Shown here piece after piece: positions 24,870 to 37,702 of a DNA stretch of 64,000 nucleotides; within the stretch, counting starts at the first letter, position 1, and the number at the start of each line of letters is the position of its first letter. The notes under the pieces are model-generated. The model ran no database searches. It was not told the DNA's origin and saw nothing but the letters and a program-made list of their open reading frames with translations. Source of the stretch: Octopus vulgaris (taxonomy: Eukaryota); the NCBI GenBank assembly GCA_951406725.2, contig OX597822.1, positions 77,500,001-77,564,000 on the forward strand, read 5' to 3'. Made by a program: the position numbers and the translations under genes.

Positions 24870-25230
24870 AACAGGTATCTGCAATTTGATCATGTCCTTG
24901 TGCTTTCCACGTATTTTTCTTTTTTTTTTTGTTTTGTTTGAGTCTGGGATTTTTCTTGTATATTTAAAAGCTTCCTACAATTCTTTAGATGCTGTGCTCA
25001 TTGTTGTTGAACAATCAAGTTTATAGTAATGCCTTTGCTAGCCACACGCCTCCCTAGAAATCGTCTTCTCTTGCTGTTGGGGGTGCATAAAATTTTCTTG
25101 CATTTTCTTTTACCAATTTCTTGATAAAATTATTCTGGATTAGAACCGTTGTTTGTTCAAAACATCATTGTTGCATTTCATAGTACTAGATTGTTTCAGG
25201 CAGTCTTTCATTCCAAATAGTTTTTTTTCT
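24870..25230 (-). pseudogene. Decayed RTE-type LINE 3' coding remnant
   Basis: Minus strand NERLPETI*YYEM resembles the RTE D.RLPK.ILYGEL motif. Confidence 0.45.
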
Positions 25231-25411
25231 ATTCTGTTGTATTTCCCTCTCCTTATTTGTTTATCATTTGTACCGTTTTATTATTGATTTCATTTAAGAC
25301 TCAGAACTCTTAAACCTTATTCTCTCTTTGTTTCTGTATTTTGTTTCCAATGTTATTCACTAGGGTTTTTGATATCCGTACCATGTGTGTATTTGTATAT
25401 GCATGTAGGTA

Positions 25412-25806
25412 TAGGCATGGCTGTGTGGTTAAGAAGAATGCTTACCAAATCTTGTGGTTTCAGGTTCAGTTCTACTATTTGGCATTTTGGACCAGTATCT
25501 TCTATTATAGCCCTAGGCAGACCAAAGCCTTGTGTGTGGATTTGGTAGAGAGAAACCGAAAGAAACTTGTCATGTGTGTGTTGCCTTGTCTTGGCATCAC
25601 TTGATAGCTGTAAATGAGTGCCACTGTTATACAAGCAGTGTCATTCATTTTCCAATATTCTGTGAAAACATGACTGGCTATGAAGGAATATTACCTTGCT
25701 TGGAAATAGATGAAGGTTGGCGGCAACTAGAAGAGCAACTAGCTGTCAGAAATCTGCTTTAATGAACTTCATCTAACCAATGCAAGCATGGAAAAGTGGA
25801 CGTTAA
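25412..25806 (+). mobile_element. SINE with family A head/core and a family D-type tail
   Basis: A-type 5' half, then a different body ending GCAAGCATGGAAAAGTGGACGTTAAA; same layout at 56377-57215. Confidence 0.7.
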
Positions 25807-26167
25807 ATTGGTAAATATATACATGCATGGGTGATTATGGAGTTTGCATTGTTACTATGTGGTCTCAGGTTCAATCTGACTGTGTGGCATTTCAGACTTT
25901 AGTTTCAGGGCAACCAATGCCAAGTGAGTAGAGTTGGTAAATGGAATCTTTCTAGAAACCCATCATAGAAGTTTGTATGTGACGGAAGTGATGACAAGTG
26001 ACTCATATTTTCCTCCTACATTTCTTCTATGTATCATAACCAGTAACACTATCTAAGGACAGTGGTAACCTAAGCACTTGGTTGGAAGTAGACTGATTGA
26101 TAATACTCTATGTTGAGCTCTAAATTCACCAGCAGCGGTATATCAGGAAATGCTATATATTTGCATG

Positions 26168-26219
<52 letters not shown>

Positions 26220-27210
26220 CTGTGTATGAGTATAGAATGTATTCAGTCAATGATATTTTTTTTTTAAACAAATGAGGAAGTGACTATATGTTGCAGAACT
26301 GAATTCCTTTCTCGAAACATTAGTTTCGCACATCAGAGATACTCGAATACATTTACTGACACACACATCACAGCAATGGCATACACATGCACACATCTAC
26401 TCACTATGACCACTACCACGTCTGCTACTTAGCTAAGCACAGCTAACATATATGCACACACGAATATGCATACACACACATGCACACACACATACACACA
26501 CGCACAAACACACACACACACATGCTGTTTGCCACAACATATCGGTGTATAGTAGCCCCAACGCACTTGCTTCCCAATGCATATACTGAAACACAGACAT
26601 ACGCTTTAATAGCACACAGCTGCGCACACAAATACCCATGCACACGCAAGTGCAGAAGCACAGTCTACACACATTACCTGCATACTTCATTGTTACCTTC
26701 CTTTAATTTGCATACGTATACCCTAATATTACCAAAAACGCACATATACATAATTTACACACCATGTTACCCATTGTTGTCCTTGTGTACTTGTGAAACC
26801 TCATCCTCTCCCTGTCACTTCTGGTCATTCAGCCTCCACCATTTCGAACATAACCTGACACAGTTCAACAAATACTTCTCCATTTCTTCCATTTTTTTTT
26901 TTTTTTTTCCTTCTATGCTTTTTCCTTTCGCTTATCTAACTTTCTTATGGATAGTTCAGTCTGAAACATCAAAGATACTTCTTCTTTCTTAAATATTTAT
27001 TGAGCATTAAAACTAATAATTACACTTTGTTCTCACTTCGTCGTTTGTATTAGTATTCTCAACGCACACACGCATGACTTTGTGGTTTAGAAGCTTGCTT
27101 CCTGAACATGTCATCCTCAATTTAGTCTGACTGTGCAGTACCTTGAGCAATAATCTCAGCCCAACCAAAACCTTGTGAGTGGATTTGGTAGAGTGAAACT
27201 GAAAGATGCC

Positions 27211-27289
<79 letters not shown>

Positions 27290-27636
27290 TTATGTATGTA
27301 TGCATGCATGCATGTGAATGAGGTGAGCTGAGCTGGCAGAAATGTTAGCACACTGGACGAAATGCTTAACAGTATTTCGTCAGTCTCTACGTTCTGAGTT
27401 CAAATTCCGCCAAGGTCAACTTTGCCTTTCATTCTTTCAGGATCAATAAATTAAGTGCCAGTTGCATACTGGGGTTGATCTAATCGACTGGCCCCTCCCC
27501 CAAATTTTTGGGCCTTGTGCCTAGAGTACAAAAGTAACTTTCTCACTTCCCGAGCATTAAACATTAAACTTATACATCTGTTTGTGGTTTATGCACCCAT
27601 CTTCGTGTATTGTTTTTTTGTAAATTCTCACTATAT

Positions 27637-27673
<37 letters not shown>

Positions 27674-28026
27674 TAGATAGATAGATAGACAGATATGCAT
27701 ATGGAGGTGATGACCTAGACCTTTGGCATTATGTCATGCTTGAGAAGACCCATGAAGCCAAGCAAAATCGCTGTCATGGCAGATATTGGTATCACGTAAA
27801 TTGGCACCCATGTCGGTGGCATGTAAAAGCACCCATTATACTCTTGGAGTGGTTGGCATTAGGACAGGCATCCAGCTGTAGAAAACCATTCCAAATTAGA
27901 CCGATATCTAGTGCAGCCTTCCAGCATGCCAGCCTGGTCAAACTGTCCAACCCATGCCAATACACGCACATGTAAATGTTGAACATTGAGAATAAGTGTG
28001 CAATATCAAATTGGTGGATAATGATT

Positions 28027-28241
28027 CTTTATTTGTGGATTAACTCTACCATTGGTTTCATGTTAAGAAAGCCCTTAACAATTATCAAGCCTAAGACATG
28101 GAACTTTGATGTTCATTTCCAATTTGGCTTAAAACAAATCCAAAATGGAAATAAAAAACTGATGTTTTATTCTGCAGGCTTAATAATTGTTAAGGGCTTC
28201 CTTGACATGAAACTAATGGTAGCCTCAATCTACAAATAAAG
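28027..28241. repeat. Inverted repeat, about 66-bp arms and 83-bp spacer (MITE-like)
   Basis: 28027-28092 pairs with 28176-28241. Confidence 0.8.
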
Positions 28242-28463
28242 TATAGATAGATAGATAGATAGATAGGGTTAAAATCCAAACTGTATCTTCTTGAGGCACA
28301 TCTGTTTATTTCAGTATTCCAAATTTGTATGCAGATGTTATATTTGTGTGAGTTATACATAAGTGTTGAAAATACTGGAGAATATTTTCTGCTGAGTAAT
28401 GGCATCAAAACAGGAGATTGGAAAGTAGTGAATAAATAATACCAAAGATTTTCCATTCTCCTG

Positions 28464-28506
<43 letters not shown>

Positions 28507-28547
28507 GCCAGCATGGAAAATGGAAGTTAATCAGTGATGATGATGAT

Positions 28548-28583
<36 letters not shown>

Positions 28584-29644
28584 TATACATACATATACAT
28601 ATATATATGTAAGTATATGTGTGTGCGCGTGTGTATCCTTGTCTAGACATCACATGATGGTGATAAATGAGTATCCTTGTCAAAGAAGCAAGGTTGTTCA
28701 TATCTAAGGGGAAATATGAAATATGATGTTGGTATAAGTGTTATTAGTGATGGTGCTAATACATCTATCCTTGTTTGTCATGTGTTTGGTTCCAAAGAGC
28801 CACCATATTAAGTGAACAAGTGATAAATGAATCATAGAACATGTGGGGTAAATAGGTTTTGTTCTGAGATGCCAAGTTGTCCTGGGTATTGTTGGTGGTC
28901 AATGGGGACAAGCTTTTGCAGTCCAAACAGAATCTTATGCGTGATAAGCATAACTTGATTCACAATTAGTAGAATGTGTTAATCAAATCAGTGATAAATG
29001 AACTAGTGATAAATAATATTAGTAGTGACAGTTTATGTATAAAATATCCTTGCAAATATGTTCTTTAGCCCCAAGACAGTTCTGATCCAGCAGGGATGTG
29101 CTGAAAGGCATTCCAGTCAAGACAAACCCTCATTATTTTCCTCTTCAACTGTGCTTCTAAAACTACATTGTCCATTATGCTTTTTTTTTTGCTTCTTGTT
29201 TTAAGTCAGTATGGTATAAATCGAACAGGATTTGACTACTATTTCTAGCAATCAAATCTTCCACAAATAGGTTGAGCAACCACTGAGAGGTCTTCTTGTT
29301 GGGTTTTGATGTTGCCATCAGTGATGATGGTGAGGATTCAAATGTTGGATTATGATGATGATGATGATGATGCTAGATGTAGCTAGTAGTGATGGTGGTG
29401 GTGTTGGTGTTGGTGGCAATTGTTAGAATATGAAGAGACATAAGGGTAACTTACTTGAAGAGGTGCTAATAATGGACTTGATGTTAGTGTTGTTAACCAT
29501 CATAGTGGTTTCTGTAGTGGCGGTGGTGGTGATTGTTGTCAGTGGGGTAGGTGGTCATTATGCTGAAGGAGGTGGTGATATTCTTAAGTAGAAGAGGTAT
29601 TACTTGTAGTGATTGCTGTGGTTGTCCTGGTGATTGTAGTAGTT

Positions 29645-29675
<31 letters not shown>

Positions 29676-30049
29676 CTGTGGTGGTGGTAGTTCTTGTATG
29701 GTGTTGGGTGGGGATACTGGTTTCATAGTGTGGACTACTAGACTCATAACACTGTCTTCTGATTGTACACACACACACACACAGACACACCTGTATACAA
29801 ACACAGGCAAGCTTGTGTATGCATACACATGTATACATACACAGACATCTGTATAGAGATACACATACTTGGATATAGACAAACACACACACACGCACTT
29901 GTATACTAACACACATCCATGCAGACACACACCTGTATACACACACATCATTTATATACTGAAATGTGTGTGTGTTTGCATGCGTGTGTGTGTGTGTATG
30001 TGCATGCATGTAGATATACACTTGTACACACATGTATGCAAACACACAC

Positions 30050-30088
<39 letters not shown>

Positions 30089-30886
30089 GACACATATGCA
30101 TTCATGCACTCACACACAGTCTCTCTCACTCTCTAACTCACTTTCTCTCTATCTCCCTTTCTCTCTCTCTCTCTCTCTAACTCACTCTCTCTCTCACTTT
30201 CTATCTCTTTTGCTCTCTGTCTCACCCACTCTCTCTCTCTCTCCCTAAATCAGTCTCTATCTCTCTTCCTCTCTAACTCACTTTCTCTCAGAAAGATGAA
30301 AGGACAGATGCCATTAAGTGACAAATAAAAAGAAATAAAAACAACAAAACCAACAAAAACCAACAAAGAGACGAAGCCAACAAGATGGCTGAAAGTACTG
30401 TCAACTACTTCATTTGCAAGCTGCTTGCTTTATGAAAGTGCTGTTGTTGTTGTTATTAATTAGCTCTAAATTATCCCTGTAGATCAAAAGTCAGTTCAGT
30501 TGTGACCATACCCTCTCTCCCTCACCCTTACCCCCTGTGTGTGTGTGTATTATCATCAATTAACTTCCATGGATCTTTTGTTGCAAGGGTCAGACAGAAT
30601 TCACTTATTGAGACAGATTTTCTTTGGCTGGATACCCTTCCTATCACCAACCCTCACTTATTTCCATCTAAGGTAATATTTCCCCATGGCCAGAATTGTC
30701 TCAGCAGAAGATTGAAAGCAAAGGACATTGCTCGTATGGCAGCAACATTCACAAATCCCATGTAGCACCTTGTGTTTTTGAGCAAGTGAGTTCATTCAAC
30801 ATCCATGCAGACACACACCTGTATACACACACATCATTTATATATTGAAATGTGTGTGTGCGTGTGTGTGTGTGTGTGTGTGTGCG

Positions 30887-31075
30887 TGCATCGTGGAATA
30901 AGCTGCCGGACGAGATAGTGAAGATGCCGACGACCGCTCGGTTCAAAGTCTCTCTTGACCAGAAATGGCCTGAATTCTTTGCATGAACACCCCTGTACAT
31001 AACTCCATGTCCCCCTACATGGCCTTGCTTTTTGCTTTTTAAGCCAAAAAATTAACTTAACTTAACTTAACTAAC
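30887..31075 (+). mobile_element. Young CR1/L2-type LINE 3' terminus with (TTAAC)n tail
   Basis: SWNKLPDEIVKMPTTARFKVSLDQKWPEFFA*; CpGs retained; tandem TTAAC tail. Confidence 0.8.
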
Positions 31076-31179
31076 ATAAGTACCAGCTGGATACTGGTGC
31101 AGCTTTCTCCCCGCCATCTGTCAAGCCCCGGATATTCTAGCGGATCAAGGTTGAAGGGGCCGAAATTGTGTCTGTGTTT

Positions 31180-31560
31180 TATTGCATGGTTGTGTGTTAA
31201 GAAGTTTGCTTCCCAGCTGCATGGCTCCATGTTCGGTCCTACTCTGTGTAGACTGACCAAAGCCTTGTGAGTGGATTTGGTAGACAGAAACTGATTTGAT
31301 AGACAGAAACTTATCATATATTTGTGTGTGTGTGTGTGTGTGTGTTTGTCTGTGTTTGTTCCCCACAACTGCTTGACAACTGGTGCTGGTTCCTTTGTGT
31401 CCCCATAACATAGCACTTCAGCAAAAGAAACCGATAGAGTAAGTACACACTTTAAAAAAGAAAAAATCCTGGGGGTTGATTCATTCAACTTAAAATTCTT
31501 CAAGGCAGTGTGGCCCCAGCATGGCCACAATCTAATATCTAAAACAAGTGGAAGATAGAA
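31180..31560 (+). mobile_element. SINE family A (older copy)
   Basis: Homology to the other copies. Confidence 0.8.
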
Positions 31561-32830
31561 GGTAAACAATTAGCAAAGCTTGGTACTCGTTATCAAGCCA
31601 CACCTGTTAACGAGTGACAGCTGATTGTACTTAAAGATTACACAATCCATTAATGCAGATCCTGGACCACAGATTGCATTAACACATATGCCAGGCTACA
31701 AAGTCCATTAATATGGATACCTAAAGACATGAAGATATAATCCTGTAAAGCTGATTCCTAACCATAATCCCAAAACACACCTAAGGCTAAAACTTAGAAA
31801 TACACACCCAACTCCTATTGAAAACACAACAGAGCTACTGATAGAGCCCACATGGTCCATCAACAGACAATAATAGCAGTCAAATCTTCTTGAAATCACA
31901 TTTTTTTTTTCCGCCTATGGGACTGAACTCAAAACCACGTGGTTGCAAAGCCAGCTACTTAACCACACAGCTATGCCTGCAGCCATTGAACTTCTGTTTT
32001 TTTTTCTTGTTGATCTAGTTTCTACAATGTGTGTGAGTGTGTGTGTGTGTACATGTTAGACAGTTTCTTCAGCACAGACACAGGACTGAAAATTGTTGCT
32101 AATTTTTAGCATCCTTATAAAAGAGACCTATTGTCAACGATTTTCCATCAATGACCATCCCATCTTCCTTTCAGACATAGTGTAACAACCACTTAGACTA
32201 CATTCCCTGTTGAGTCCTTTGTCTCCATAATTGATTATAGGGGATTTTGAGGGTGTTTGGACATTTTTTCTTGCATGTATTGTGTTGAATCAAAAGTTTT
32301 GTAATAATCTGGTCTCTTATTTGCTTTGTTCGTCAAGATACAACAAAAGCAGTCTTGCACTCTAAACAGAAGCTATCATGCTGCACCATCCGATGATTCT
32401 TTTTGCGAAGTCTTTCATCCCACTCTGATACCAGTTCTTGTCCTTTTAAAAAAAAAACTAGATGTAACTCAGTATATTTATATTCATTCTTTTTTCAGTC
32501 ATCACCATCATTGTTTAATGTCTGTTTTCCATGCTGGCATGAGTTGGAAGGTTTGACTGAGGTCTAGAGAGCCATGTGGCTGCACCAGGCTCCAATCTGA
32601 ACTGGCTTTGTTTCTACCACTGGATGCCCTTCCTAATGCCAACTGCTCCGAGAGTGTAGTGGGTGCTTTTTACATGTCAAGGGTTATTTAAATATCACAC
32701 ATAATAATGAGAGCTTAATAGTTATTTCTATTTATATAGTTTTGAGTATAAATACGTTATTTATTATAGTTCTTGGGGTAAATATGAAAACTTATAACAT
32801 ATCATGGTTATTTAAAATTAATAGTGTTAT

Positions 32831-33540
32831 GTGAAGGTGCATGGCTTAGTGGTTAGGGCATCCGACTCACGATCGTAAGGTCGTGAGTTCAATTCCCAGT
32901 GATGCATTGTGCCTTTGAGCAAGACACTTTATTTCACGTTGCTTCTGTCCGCTCAGCTGGCAAAAATGAGTAGTACCTGTATTTCAAAGGGCCAGCCTTG
33001 TTACACTCGGTGTCACGCTGAATCTCCCTGAGAACTACATTAAGGGTACACGTGTCTACGGAGTGCTCAACCACTTGCACGTTAATTACATGAGCAAGCT
33101 ATTCTGTTGAATGTATTAGCTGGTGCCCTTGTCATCATAACCGAATGTGTGCTCCTTTGTGTAGGTGCAATGGCCCAGTGGTTAGAGCAGTGGACTCGTG
33201 GTCATAGGATCGCAGTTTTGATTCCCAGACCAGATTTGTGAGTGTTTATTGAACGAAACCACCTAAAAGCTCCCTGAAGCTCCGGCAGGGGGTGGTGGAG
33301 AACCCTGCTGTACTCTTTCACCACAACTTTCCTCTCACTCTTTCTTCCTGTTTCTGTTGTACCTGTATTTCAAAGGACCAGCCTTGTCACACTCTGTGTC
33401 ACACTGAATTTTCCTGAGAACTACGTTAAGGGTACACATGTCTGTGGAGTGCTCAGCCACTTGCACATTAATTTCACAAGCAGGCTGGTCCATTGATCGG
33501 ATCAACTGGAACCCTCGTCGTCATAACCGATGGAGTGCCA
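32831..33540 (+). mobile_element. Two tandem SINE family B copies (32831-33153 and 33161-33540, the second a longer subfamily)
   Basis: Each has a tRNA-like head with A/B boxes and the shared GGAGTGCTCA body; uninterrupted TTAAGGGTACAC site. Confidence 0.88.
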
Positions 33541-33911
33541 TGAACAGTGTTATATTTATTTCATTTTTGTTTGTGGTGCATAAAAAAAAAAAAAGCAATT
33601 CCAATAACGGACAGGATTAACAACTATCGAAAAGGCTGCAAATCGCAGCAAAAATTTTAGTAAAAAAAAAAGTAAAAAATAATAAGTAAATGAGTAGAAA
33701 TCAAGCCGGTGAGTTTGTTAAATTAATAAAGCACTAAAAGAGAATGACTCTCCCCAGATGCAATAAAATAATATTTATTCCTTTATTATTAATAATATTT
33801 GTTATATTAGTTTTTTATCGTATATTATATATTTAAATATCTATTTATTATAATAAAAAAAAATGTCAAGATTTATTTATGGTATAATATTTTAGAATAT
33901 TAGGTAATATT

Positions 33912-34209
33912 GTTCTATATTTAAGAGATGAGGAATTATTTACATTATTTACATTTGACCATGGGCATATGGCGTGGTGGTTAAAAGTGCGGGCTACTAA
34001 CCCCAAGATTCTGAGTTCAATTCCAGGCAGTGACCTGAATAGTAATAATAATGATAACAACAATAACATCGAAAAATACTTTAAGAAGGAGAACCCAGGT
34101 TCAAAATTTCCCCAAGACACCTGATGATGCTGGAGGGTATATCAGCTGAAACGTTGTGTTACCAACAAACAAGATGAGGACAAATATCTATCATATGTAA
34201 ATAATGTAA
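33912..34209 (+). mobile_element. Second insertion of the tRNA-headed hammerhead element (short inverted tail plus full unit)
   Basis: Inverted 3' tail 33912-33959, then head GGGCATATGGCGTGGTGGTTAA; 13-bp TSD ATTAGGTAATATT at 33899-33911 and 34210-34222. Confidence 0.85.
34116..34160 (+). ncRNA. Minimal type I hammerhead ribozyme motif with intact core
   Basis: GACAC-CTGATGA-T-GCTG-gagggtatat-CAGC-T-GAAAC-GTT-GTGTT; palindromic AACGTT stem III. Confidence 0.7.
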
Positions 34210-34239
34210 ATTAGGTAATATTAGTTGAATATTAGTTGA

Positions 34240-34446
34240 AGAAGTCCTTCACTGAAGTTTCCTCCTCCTCTTGGTTGATGAAGTGTCACAAGCACATGAC
34301 GTAAGACAAGGATTGAATCAAGTAATTTCTTGCTGAAAAATGGCTTCAGATGGTGCAACACAAAAAACTCTATTTTGAATGTTTGGTTGCTTTTGTTGTG
34401 ACTTGAGGAATAAAGCAAAAATGTTACCTTTTCACTCAACACGATA
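34240..34446 (+). mobile_element. Mariner-type transposon 3' end fragment
   Basis: EKWLQMVQHKKLYFE resembles the mariner RW.K.V...G.YFE C-terminus; ends in TIR-like TTTCACTCAACACGATA. Confidence 0.55.
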
Positions 34447-34719
34447 TGTCAAGCCACCATGCACAAATGCTCACATTAACTCTGAAATCAAGTGGTTGCT
34501 ATTTAGCTCCCAGTCAGCTTCTACCAAGCTGACCTCTGATCAAAGACAATGCTGCGATGGCCATCTTGTCTTTTACTTATGTGCTGGATCACATTACCCC
34601 AACATGCTGTGCTCTGAGATATTTGATAGGATTTGATTTAAAGGGGATGAATTAGCTGCTATTTCTAGTAATTTCGATGATGATGTAGATGTTCCCATTG
34701 TCAACTTGTCTAAAATCAA

Positions 34720-35530
34720 ATAGATGATGATGATGATGATAATGATAAAGTGCAGATGATGGTAATAACCTTGAAGACTTAATATGAATATAAAGTGATG
34801 ATGATGATGATGATGATTACCTTGAAGACTTGCAAGTATATACTGATGATGACGGTCATGGGGATGATGATGGTGGTGGTGGTGGTAGTGGTGGTGGTGG
34901 TGGTGGAGGTGGTAATGGAAGTAATGATATCTGTGAAGATTAAGACGAATAGAAAGAAGACAATAACTGCTCCTGCTGCCACTACTACTAATACTGCTGC
35001 TGCTGCTGCTGCTACTACTACTGCTGCTGCTGCTGCTATCAAGATGTTGTCTCTGGTGATGATGGTTATGCTTATGATTTTAGTGATGGCAGATATGAAA
35101 ATCATAAAGATAACCAAAACGATGATGGCCGTGATGATGATGATGACGATGATGATGATGATGTTGGTAACCATGATAACAACAGTGACAATGGTGGTGA
35201 TGACAACGACGATGACGACGATGATGATGATGATGATGGTCTATCTCCTGGTGGTGTTAATAACTGTGTTCCAGGCGATGGCATTAATGATAATGTTGGT
35301 AACCATGAAAACGGTGGTGGTAAGGGTGGGTGGCAGGTGAAAGATGATCTTTATGGTGATGATGATGATAGCAATACTCAAGAGGCGAATTATGATCATG
35401 ACCATGATGATGGTGCTGACGACGATGATGATGATGATGATGAAGAAATAGCCATAAAATGTGATGCACACGTGTTGATGGTGGCGATGATGATGCTGAT
35501 GAAAATCTCCATAAAAGACAATGATGAGTG
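34720..35530. repeat. (GAT/GGT/GCT)n compound trinucleotide tract
   Basis: Directly visible. Confidence 0.88.
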
Positions 35531-35746
35531 TATGTAACCTGACTAATTGCAATTTGATTCTAAACACTTCCTTTCTGTTTATGTGTGTTAACACACAAAC
35601 ACATACATATATGTATGCACATGTGTGTGCATATATATACATGCATGTATATATATTATGTATGTATATAAATGTGTGTGTGTGTGTATGTGTGTGTGCA
35701 TATACATATATCTATCTATCTATAATATATATCAGCATGTGTGTGA

Positions 35747-35793
<47 letters not shown>

Positions 35794-35794
35794 C

Positions 35795-35976
35795 ACACAG
35801 GAGTGGCTGTGTGCTAAGTAGCTTGCTTGCCAACCACATGGTTCCAGGTTCAGTCCCACTGCGTGGCACCTTGGGCATGTGTCTTCTACAATAGCCTCGG
35901 GCTCACCAAAGCCTTATGAGTGGATTTAGTAGACGGAAACTGAAAGAAGCCTGTTGTATATATGTATATCTATCTA

Positions 35977-36039
<63 letters not shown>

Positions 36040-36208
36040 ATGTGTGTGTGTGTGTGTGTCTGTCTATATGTTTGTATGTCTGTGTTTGTCCCTCCAACAT
36101 TGCTTGACAACTGATGCTGGTGTGTTTATGCCCCCCGTAACTTAGCGGTTCGACTAAAGGCGGTGCTCCAGCATGGCCACAGTCAAATGACTGAAACAAG
36201 TAAAAGAG
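35795..36208 (+). mobile_element. SINE family A
   Basis: Head GGAGTGGCTGTGTG to tail GAAACAAGTAAAAGAG. Confidence 0.9.
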
Positions 36209-37665
36209 TAATATATACATATATATGTGTGTGTGTATACATATATACACATGCATATCTATGTATATATGCATACATATAAATACACACATACACACAC
36301 ACGTCATCATCATCATTGTCATTTAACATATGCTTTTCATGCTGGCATGGGTTGGACAAGTTGACTGAGGATTGGCTAGCCAGAAGGCTGTTCCAGGCTC
36401 TAATCTGATCTGACAAGGTTTCTACAGCTGGGTTCTCATTCCTAAGATATTTTTCCGATGTTGTTGTTACTACTACTACTACAAATATTTTTATTGTTAT
36501 TATTGTGTGTATGTACAACAGGTTTCTAAAGTCACTCACGAGACATTGGTCAATCCATGACTATAAAGGAATGCTCCAAAACATTTAATACATCACTCTA
36601 CCAACTTTGCTAATAAGTAAACTATGAAGTACCTAAGTATAAGTTTAGTATACTGAAAAGAGAAGTAGTTCAGAAGAGGAGAGAAACAACAAAAAGATTA
36701 TCAAAAACAAAAGATGAATTTAAAATTGAAATCCATGAGAAAATTGAAAGGAAAGCGAAGAGAAAAATCTTATAAATTTTCTCCATGTTCTGTATTCTGT
36801 TAGACTGGATAGAAAGGAAGAGAGCTAATAACAAAATATCAAACCAACTCTTGCATGAAAAGCTTAAAAGCGAAAGCACATACAGAAAATCTGATTTAAG
36901 CAATACACGATCAATGCATAACCACTAAAAACAACCAGAATCACAATAATAAAACAGAAGGCAAACTAGCCAATCAGCCTAAAGAAAACATCGACCTGAT
37001 CACTGCTGTGTTGCCAGTCTTAGCAAAGACAGAATTTATCCATACGACATAGCTGGGTATATAGCTATATCGATTGGATAGTATGCAGGCACATCCACAT
37101 TGAAACCCGTAATAAATAGTATAAGCATTCTCCAAATCTTGTATGCAACCAATCACATGGTTGTGATACCTCTGTGATGTCTGTCTAGACTGGCATGGAA
37201 ATCAAAGTTAAACATCAAGGTATCATCAGTTGGAAACGGAGGAAAACATATCTGTATACTGCGATATTTGTTATGTAACTCAATCACAGACCAAGCATCA
37301 TATCTAAATATATCTTTTATCCTTTATCTCTTATGTGTTTCAGTCATCAGACTGCGGCCATGCCGGGGCACCACCTTATCTTTTATCTCTTACGTGTTTC
37401 ACTCATCAGACTGTGGCCATGCCCAGACACACAAACATACACACACATACACAAACCCCCCACACACACACATGTACATATATATATATATGTATATATA
37501 TATATGACAAGCTTCCTTCAGTTTCTGTCTACCAAATCCACTCACAAGGCTTTGGTCGGCTTGAGGCTATAGTAGAAGACACTTGCCCAAGGTGCAATGC
37601 AGTGAGACTGAACCCAGAACCATGTGGTTGGGAAGCAAGCTACTTACAACACAGCTATGTCTGTG

Positions 37666-37702
<37 letters not shown>

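Noticed and set aside
31052-31075. Telomere-like repeat (TTAAC)n
   Set aside because: Not TTAGGG; it is the tandem tail of the adjacent LINE 3' end.
34795-35340. Poly-Met/Val/Ala protein
   Set aside because: Translation of GAT/GGT/GCT microsatellites.
36660-37260. Coding exon in a non-microsatellite stretch
   Set aside because: Short ORFs only, with no recognisable motif or convincing splice pair; may be a decayed transposon.
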